Below are positions 55,608 to 64,000 of a stretch of DNA of 64,000 bases, piece after piece (within the stretch, counting starts at the first letter, position 1; each line of letters begins with the position of its first letter). Both the position numbers and the translations under genes were made by a program. Under the pieces are notes generated by a model. That model had not been told where the DNA came from and ran no database searches. It was given only the letters and a program-made list of their open reading frames with translations. The DNA comes from Tubulanus polymorphus (lineage: Eukaryota; Animalia; Nemertea). The stretch is taken from positions 3,737,814 to 3,801,813 of the forward strand of contig NC_134034.1 of the NCBI RefSeq assembly GCF_964204645.1, written 5' to 3'.

Positions 55608-58600
55608 TAATGATAATTCAAAATGGCGGCACTGATAGATTGTTTGTCGGGTCGCTCTACAAACTCGGACCATTTTTAGTATAGCTTTGGTCAGGCGAAG
55701 TGATTGAAAATGGATATAAAACGACCATTAACCGTTGTATGTTTCGGCACGAGATTTTCAGAGGAGGATATATTGAGTAAGCTTGGAGAAAACACAAAGC
55801 ATGTTCGAGCCATTCAGTTTTTGAAGAATGGTGAGTGCAGAATTACTTTTAACAATTTGGAAGCTATGGAAAACTACATTACAAGTGGTATAAAGATCAG
55901 AGATCGTCAAATTAAAGCGTGCAAAGTTGACGAATTAATTGATATAACGAACATAACTATTAAAGACGCGCCGGTTGAGCTTTAGGACATCTCACAGATA
56001 AGAAACTACATGGTCCTATTGGGGAATACATCTCTAAATTATTATCTCTCTTTGAAATAGACTCTGATAATAATTAACACGAAACTGCTTTTATTCTTGT
56101 TATATTAATGTAAAATGTTTATGTTTTGTAAATACTATTTGTAAATATCACTCTGTGCACCTCGACCCGAAAGGGTGTAAGCAGTACAATAAAGAGTTTA
56201 TTGAATTGAATTGAATTGAATTGTTCATTGTTAATCAGCTACAAAAGTATGGCAACGTAGTAACCGGTTCACTGCGAAGAGGCGAAATTAAAGACACCGA
56301 AATTTTTAATGGATCTATCTATGCGAAACTGTCAAACGTAAAAAAACATTATACCCGTGGAGACTAAGTTTGGAAGATTTGAAGTAAGACTTTTTTGCGA
56401 CAATAACAAAACACAGTGCAAACATTGCGGTGACACTGATCACCCGTATTTCAGATGTTTACTGAAAACTAGAAAACTTTGTTTCAAGTGTAAATCAGCT
56501 GATCATATGGCTTATGATTGTCCGTACGGCATAATTTGTTATCATTGTCGTGAAGATGGTCACAAAAAATCTGAATGCCCAAAAATTCGAAAAATTCAAA
56601 AACGATTGAATTACGATATAGACGAAAATAGTATCAGTGATCACCAGTCAGACACAATTCAAAACTCAGCGCGAGTTGAATTTACAACAACGCCTCTTGT
56701 TGTTGACAATCCGACCGCGGATTACCTGATCATAGGAGACTCTAACTGCAGGCGCCTTATATTCACTGACCTGCCCAGTAGTATTCATGTTGACAGTTTG
56801 CCAGGTGCAACCGCTCATGGTATTGATCAACAATTACTCAAGCTTAACCCGAAATTAGACAGTAGCCTAGTAAAACGTGTTATTTGTCATCTAGGAACAA
56901 ATGACATTTCTTTAAACAAGGACGATAACGATCAAACTATTCTCGACTTATCCAAAGCTACAAATACACTACTTACTAGATTTCCAAATTCTGAAATTCA
57001 TGTATCCAGTATCCTCCCCCGAAGAGGACGGAGCAAGACAATAATGGCACTTAATGAATCGGCAACGGCCGTCAATAACTATTTACAAAAACTGTGTAAT
57101 AGCGACGAAAGACTATTTTATATCGACAATGATGAAAAGTTCCGCCCTAACCAAGCTGGTGTTACACGAGCCCTCTTCGATTCCATGGATAAGAGTGGAG
57201 TTCATTTAGGAATAGACGGAGCCAAAGAACTGACAGCCACATTTCTGAATGCATTTGCTTTACCGTCGGGTAGAAACAAGAAAAGATCTCATAGTCAGAC
57301 GTCACCTGCTATCATCAGTCCTAGTTGTAGCCAACTGACTAAAAAGGACAGGATTATTTCTGGTGACTCACCTGTTACTGCAGTTTGAAGTGCATTCTTA
57401 TCCATCAATCTATGACTAACAATCCATCTTCATCTTATAATTGTCAGTACTTTGATGAAAATAACTTTGAATTCGATAAAAGTCAATTTTCAATTTGCAC
57501 TTTTAATATCCGAAGTTGCAACAAAAATTTTGATTCTTTCACTGACTACATCAATTGTATAAAATCCGATTTTTCTATCATAGGACTTACTGAGACTTGG
57601 AGTAATGATAATGCCCATAACAATAATCTTTATAAACTACCTGGCTACAATAGTATTTTTAAAAGCCGCTCGAATTATGTAAAGGGTGATGGCGTTGCCC
57701 TTTATTTCAAAGATGATTACGAATCTATAATACGCCCAGATCTTTCTGGTAAGAATGAGGTATTTGAATCTCTCTTTCTTGAAATTATTTGTAAGAGTAA
57801 AAAGAATAAGATTATTGGTATTATATACAGACCTCCGGGGCTAAGTATATCTACTTTTTAGTTGAATTTAATTTACTATTAGACAAGCTAAATAGGGAAA
57901 GAAAAGATTGTTATTTGATTGGTGATTTTAACATTGATTTACTTCAATCAGAAGTTCATAAGCCTACTGAATCATTTCTAGATAATCTGATAGCTTCATC
58001 CTTTTACCCACTTATTGATAAACCAACCAGGGTGACTAATAATTCATGTAGCCTAATTGACAATATTTTTTGTAATAATGTTGAAAATGTATTTAATTCG
58101 GGCATATTATGTACAGATATTTCTGATCATTTTCCAATTTTCACAATGTGTGATCAACGTAAACGTGTCTGCAATAATTGTACTTACTCAACTAGAAACT
58201 TTAGTGATCATAATATTGATAGATTCTATAGGAGCTTAATAGCGTGTGATTGGTCGGCTATTTATAATGAAAATGACCCACAAAGGTCGTATACTGTATT
58301 TATTTCTAAATTTACTCATTTATATGATACATGCTTTCCATTTATCAAACGCATGAACGCAAAAACCAATAAGTCTAAACCCTGGTTAACTACGGGCTTG
58401 TTAAACTCTATTAAATATAAAAATCACTTATATAGAAAACACTTTATAATTCAGATATTGCTTTTAAATCCCGTTATTCAGAATATAAGCGATTTTTATC
58501 ACGTTTATTAAAAGCTGTTGAAAAAGGTTACTATGATACTCAGTTATTTGGTGTAAAGAATGATATGAAAGCTACGTGGAAAATCTTAAAAACAGTTATT

Positions 58601-60596
58601 GGAAGTAACTCCGTCAAAGAACAACTACCAGCTTCCTTTAAGCTAAACAACGTAACTGTCAGTGGAAGTTTAAACATTGAACATGAGTTTAATACTTTTT
58701 TGTTAATATCGGACATCGTTTAGCAAATATGATCCCCGAGTCTGAAAAACATTTCAGCTTTTATTTAAATCGTCCTAATAATGAAAACTTCTTTTTCTTC
58801 CCAACAAACTCGCTAGAAATTGATGAAATAGTAAATAAATTCTCTGGAAATAAAGGTATTGGCATTGACGGGATCTCTATGAAAATAGTTAAAAGAATTA
58901 TTGATGTTATAAAATATCCACTTACTCATATATTCAACAATAGCCTTCATTCTGGAGTGGTCCCTGCTGAACTCAAAATTGCTCGGGTGTGCCCTCTGTA
59001 TAAAAAGGGTGAATGCGATTCCTTTGACAATTATCGACCCTTATCTATTTTACCATGTTTTTCTACGATACTAGAAAAACTCGTTCATAAACGTTTAGTC
59101 GCTTTTTGTGATAAATTTGAAATTATTGATCATAACCAATTTGGATTTAGGAAAAATTACTCAACATTAATGGCATTAACTCGTATATCTGATGAAATAG
59201 CAGCCAATATTGACGAAAGAAAAACAACGATTGGAATATTTTTGGATTTGTCTAAAGCTTTCGACACAGTAAATCACCGTATTCTTTTGGATAAACTTAA
59301 TCATTATGGTATTAAAGGCACAGCACTTAATTGGTTTCAAAATTACTTAGAAGGTCGCAAGCAAATAGTCCAGATTAAAGATACTAATTCTACCGCTTTA
59401 GATATTGATATTGGAGTACCACAGGGCTCCATTTTAGGTCCATTACTATTTATACTATACATAAACGACTGTACTCGTGCATCTGATATCCTAAAGTTAA
59501 TTTTATTTGCTGATGACACGAATGCTTTCTATAGTGATCATCTCGTTGACCGCCTGATAAAAACGATCAATACTGAACTTTCGAAACTAGTTGTTTGGTT
59601 TTGTGCCAACAAGTTATCAATTAATATTAGTAAAACTTATTATATTATATTTAGTAAAACTTTTGTTGGTAATACAAAGATTTATATCGATGATCGTAAA
59701 ATTAAACGTGTCCACACTACCAATTTTTTGGGGGTTTTAATAGATGAAAAACTGTCATGGGATGATCACATAAAATCTGTATGTAAAAAAGTGTCACGTT
59801 GTGTTGGCGTTCTTCATCGTGTTAAACACAAGTTGTCTTCCAATTCTTTACGTACTTTGTATTTATCCTTAATAGACCCATATCTTCAGTATTGTAACAT
59901 TGTTTGGGGAAGAACTTCTGATAATAAACTGCATCCATTAACAATTCTACAAAAACGTGCTGTCCGTTTGGTCAGCAAATCCCATTATTTAGAACACACT
60001 GATCCAATTTTTGCTCGGTTAAATATACTTGAAATTAAGAATATTAACAAACTCCAACTAGCTATTTTTTTACATAAATTCGTCAATTCAAAATTGCCTA
60101 GGACCTTTCACAACTATTGGAACTTCAATTATCAAATTCATAGTAAACCTACGCGTAATAGATTTAGAATTAGATTGCCTTATTTCAGAACTGTAACTAG
60201 AAAATCTTCTGTCAAAATATCCGGTCCCCTATTATGGAATACTCTATCTGAATCAATTCAAACTATTCAAAGCGAACCTGCCTTTAAGCGTACCTACATG
60301 AAATCATTATTCAACACTTTGTAAATTTTCATTCTATACAAACCTATGTTAATGTGTAATATGTGAAACTTTTTTTCTTTTCTTTTCGCCTGTTAATTAC
60401 TTGTGTGCATGATGTGTGAGTGTGATGAATGTGGTGTGGATGCTTCTGGGTGATACGGCTTAGATAGACTGTTTCAGTCTCTCCGTGTAGCCCCATTATC
60501 CTGTTACATTTTTTTTCGTCTAATCATACTTATTATATCGTTCAATAATGTAACATCGTAATGAAAATAAATTTCAATTTCAATTTCAATTTCAAT
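55608..60596 (+). mobile_element. Apparently full-length CR1/L2-group (Crack/Daphne-like) LINE, disabled; ORF1 ~55710-57388 (RRM-like + 3 CCHC + SGNH esterase), ORF2 ~57385-60324 (EN + RT), (TTTCAA)n tail
   Basis: EN motifs FNIRS, LTETW, IYRPP, GDFNID, IDNIF, SDHFP; RT motifs LDLSKAFD, GVPQGSILGP, FADD; stop at 57859 and frameshifts near 58445 and 58700; TAGA at 55604-55607 and 60597-60600; empty site visible in the left arm (~41490). Confidence 0.95.
55983..56222 (+). mobile_element. Short LINE 3' fragment nested in ORF1 of the CR1/L2-group element
   Basis: Interrupts ...DAPVEL / LFIVNQLQKYGNV...; ends AATAAA + (ATTGA)n. Confidence 0.75.
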
Positions 60597-61484
60597 TAGA
60601 GTGTTCATTTTAACATATATGAAGATATGGTATATTGTTCAAAAACTCTAAATCGAATTTTGAGTTATTCACATTCAAGATGGCTGACTGGAGGACATAT
60701 TGATGGATTCTGATTGTTTCCATCTTACAGCGTTTTTGAAGTGCAGCCGCCCTTTTTATGTCACTCGAACGGAGTATGCATAACAGCTAATGGTCAAAGT
60801 TGCATTCAAGATAGCTGACTAGTGGTCCTTGTGAATTTTTTCAAACTAGCGGATTGTAACCGGTGGATAAATACTATAGTGTTGATGAACTTGTCGTCAC
60901 TGTGTCAACTATTCACTGTTTAATTACTCTAGCCAACTTTTAAACAACTGGCCCAATCGATGACCTTGAAACTCATAAAATCCGGAGACAGCACGGCGTG
61001 CACGTCGTGCTATCCACAAGAATAGACTGGTACTTAGACTGACACGTCCAGACTGTTTTAAACCGATAAGGCGATGATGACTATTCACGTGGATGTTGTA
61101 TTTAGTTAATGAGAATTTGGGAAAAGAAGACACACATTTTTAAAAAATCAATTCCTGTTTACTCAAAAATGTCCCGCCTATACCTCCCCGGCAGAGATTC
61201 GAATCTGGATGGCATCGTTACACTTAGCCACAGCACGAACCCCTGCCACACTGCGGCACTAATCAGATTGGCTCGTTGTATAATCGCTGAGGTAGATTTC
61301 GCAGAACAACTATAAGTGGGAAAACCCGGGCTAAAATAAAACGGGATATCTGATTGGCTAATAATGACATCATCTAAGCTGCGCACACGGTCTAGTGTGG
61401 TAGGGTTTCGTACCGTCGCAATCTCGATGCCTTCGGGTTCGAATCCCTGTAGGGGGAGGATGCGCCTACACATGTATAGCTGAT

Positions 61485-64000
61485 CTAGTTAGTCAGCGTC
61501 AAAGTGCGAAATGCTTCCATGTATTTGTTTTTAACGCGACAGACGTATTGTGAATCCCAGCCGGTCGCGTCAGCTGCTGTCGGCGACTCGATCACCAAAC
61601 GAGCCATAATCGATGTTTTGTGACGAGATGTGACTACCCTCTTGTTACCCGTAGATGTTATCTCGGCGGATTCTTTTTCGGGGTCGCTCAAATCGCGTAT
61701 ACTTTGTGTCTTGTAGAAACGGATTTCTGGAAGCGGATATCCGGTGGCATCGCAGTTCAATGTAACCTAAAACAATCAAGAAAAACAAAAAAGATACAGT
61801 AAAAAAAAACGGAACAGGAACCAGTTCACCGCTGTTTGGCAGCTCGAGATGTGTAGTCTCTAAGAATCAAGAAGTTAACAGTTTCTAGGCGCCGCTTTTT
61901 GGTGGTCCCTCGAGATCGCGATTGTTGCGATGATTTTCGAGGGCCCGTTTCAAAATTGCGCCTAAAACGCCTTTTGTCATTGATCCTAGAAAGGGAGTGA
62001 CTCATTGTTATTCATTTGATTGGTAGAATGGTAGATTTCGTTTGATTTAATCTTGAATAGGGGTCCCTCGCAAACCCAACACAACTGCCGGGAGCTGCCA
62101 GCGCTTTTGAAATCACAGAATTTTTCGTTTCAATCGAATTACTTAATTGTTTGTTATTAGCGCCTCTACGTTTTACGCGATAGATTCACATGTGGACTGC
62201 GAAGGAGTCCAGAATTAGCATTTCGCAGGGGCCAAAAGAATAACAAATATAACGGATTATCAGAAACAATGTTGATATGTATTACCTCTTTCTCGCTAGT
62301 TGCATTGTACACCGTCTCATGCATTTCGTCGTCTGAAATGAATTTAATCGGTTCGAACTGCGCGAACTTGATCGCTTTCGATTGAATCGGGTGTCGATAG
62401 CCGACATCTAACTTCCACTGATCCTCGAAAATCGCCGACTGGCGTCCATCCACTCTAAAATAGGATATGAGATAATTATCCGAGCGAACCGTCGAAATTG
62501 GTTTCACGAATTCACCATTACTGCCCGTCAATAAAATGAAAGGACTCGGATAAGCCACGGTGAATACAAAGACTGTGGTTTTCTCTTTCTGGCTTATAGG
62601 TACCACACCAAACTTCTCCAAAGCGTCCGTTTTAGACTGCCATAGATTCTGGTACAACGCGGCTGTATATAACATAACGTTTCTGATCATTCCAAAATCG
62701 CTTCTCTTGGTGACGAAAGAACACGTCGCCCTGTCAATATGAACTACATCGCCGACGCCCAAAGTAAGGTAAGATGTTGATGCGCAGTATTCACCCATAT
62801 TTTCATCTGATGCTTTCAGTTTCACGACTATGCTCGACTCGTAGGTCAGATCGTCGATCCATTTATTGTACGTTCCGTTATTGCCGATCGAATTCGGTTT
62901 GTGATGGTCCGTTTTCCGACCGTCGTTTGTGGCGAATCTGTACCAGGTGTTAGCAGCACCCACGATGCCTCTGCTCGCTTTACTGCGTGAGAATTGCGGG
63001 GCCGCATCGGTGACATCGAACGTCAAGCGTCGCCGCAACGTCACCGTGCCATCGACTGAATCTTCCAGCAATATCGTCTCCGGAGATCCGGTAGCTGTAC
63101 CCAACGGAACATCGCGCAGGATTACTTCTTCACCGGGAGTTATGATAATATGAATGGTGTATCGTCGGCAGCCGGTCAGAAACATCATCAAGCGGTATTC
63201 ACCTAGTTTTTCTAGTGTTTCGGGGGCTGATTCGACTGTTAACCGCGCTGTAGTCGACGAGCCTGAAGTTTGTAGGGATATTTTACCGTATCCATCATCA
63301 TCGCCAGCATCTGGAAATATGAATTCAGAGATCATCGCAACGACAGATTCAGACTCATATTTCATGACACTAGATGTTTCAAACCTACTGAAAATTCAAC
63401 GAATACGCAAAGGGCAGGGGAGAGTTGCCAGAAATTTAGGGAAAAAGTACCCGTTTGCAAATATAACTGTAGTCATATCTATTACAAATCTAATGCAGAA
63501 TCTTTCCCTTGGGACTGAAGAACATTTTTATAGGGCCAAACTGTGATTTTGTAAGGGCTCGAAGAATCGTTATATCGGTTTTTGCTTTAGAACTGCCCTT
63601 CTGGGTTTTCGGCCCCTCCTCCAACATTCAAATGCTAGGTACGGCCCTGAACTACTTTTCTTTCTTCGCGTTATTGCTACCACAATTTCGTAAGTTATAG
63701 TGATGAACAGGACACCGGGTGATGTTGTTAATGATTGCAACGTTTGAAATTTGGTATACGTAGAAATGGAATAATTTACCCGTAATGATGATTGGTGCAT
63801 CTTGTTCGATAAACCGAACGTACCAGTGCATTATTAACTCCAGGTTTGTATCAGTGGTTACTGATATGACGAACGGTTTTCGTGCTTCGTACTCTGAAAC
63901 TTCAACTCGCCGAATCCAACCGAGATTATCCGAACACTGATCGCCCCGTACGTCTGCCCAAACACCAGACGACACGATACACGCCTGTTACAATTCATAC
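61485..64000 (-). CDS. 3' part of an Ig-superfamily gene (terminal I-set-like domain, no TM seen); exons 61485-61766, 62286-63387, and a frameshifted upstream exon ~63452 to >64000
   Basis: SEKE|VTLNCDATGYPLPEIRFYK...ARLVIESPT...QYVCRVKNKY is an Ig I-set pattern; phase-0 junction GAG|gtaata...ttag|GTT; ~1.1-kb open exon containing GEYC; the upstream part does not stay in one frame. Confidence 0.65.

Larger units (their letters stand above)
41437..60662. repeat. Large inverted duplication: left arm ~41437-46628, spacer ~46629-47378, right arm ~47379-51340 + 55300-55607 + 60597-60662 (split by two LINE insertions)
   Basis: Colinear reverse-complement matches: 46625/47385, 44830/48420, 42999/50250, 41900/51330, 41800/55330, 41520/55580, 41450/60645; the left arm has extra blocks at ~45205-45480, ~45740-46240 and ~41828-41900. 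Confidence 0.92.

Noticed and set aside
61159-61473. 104-aa ORF downstream of the Ig exon
   Set aside because: Follows the stop codon in a different frame with no recognisable domain; probably 3' UTR.

Overview
Eukaryotic, AT-rich, repeat-dense DNA from an invertebrate animal with GT-AG spliced genes; most entries in the ORF track are artefacts of repeats. By following splice sites and reading-frame phase by hand I reconstruct: (1) a 7-coding-exon, ~521-aa protein with two transmembrane segments, a furin-type site, a mucin-like stalk and a Cys-rich ectodomain (1982-7711,+); (2) an intronless class-A peptide-receptor-like GPCR (10807-11898,+) bracketed by a 31-bp direct repeat; (3) a 3-exon GPI-anchored Ly6/uPAR three-finger protein (13297-17245,+); (4) a small secreted-peptide gene plus a decayed paralog (34.5-40.3 kb,-); (5) an inverted duplication spanning ~41.44-60.66 kb whose arms carry head-to-head copies of a small secreted protein made of two modules resembling the PCSK9 C-terminal/resistin fold, with no protease domain; the right arm is interrupted by two divergently oriented LINEs (RTE-X-like and CR1/L2-group) inserted either side of a tRNA-derived SINE; (6) the 3' part of an Ig-domain gene (61485 to >64000,-) with a frameshifted upstream exon. 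Repeats include Penelope-type foldback elements with minimal hammerhead ribozyme motifs, PIF/Harbinger-type and Tc1/mariner-type MITEs, a 570-bp-TIR element, minisatellites and two long (TA)n tracts. All family assignments come from motif recognition, not database searches.
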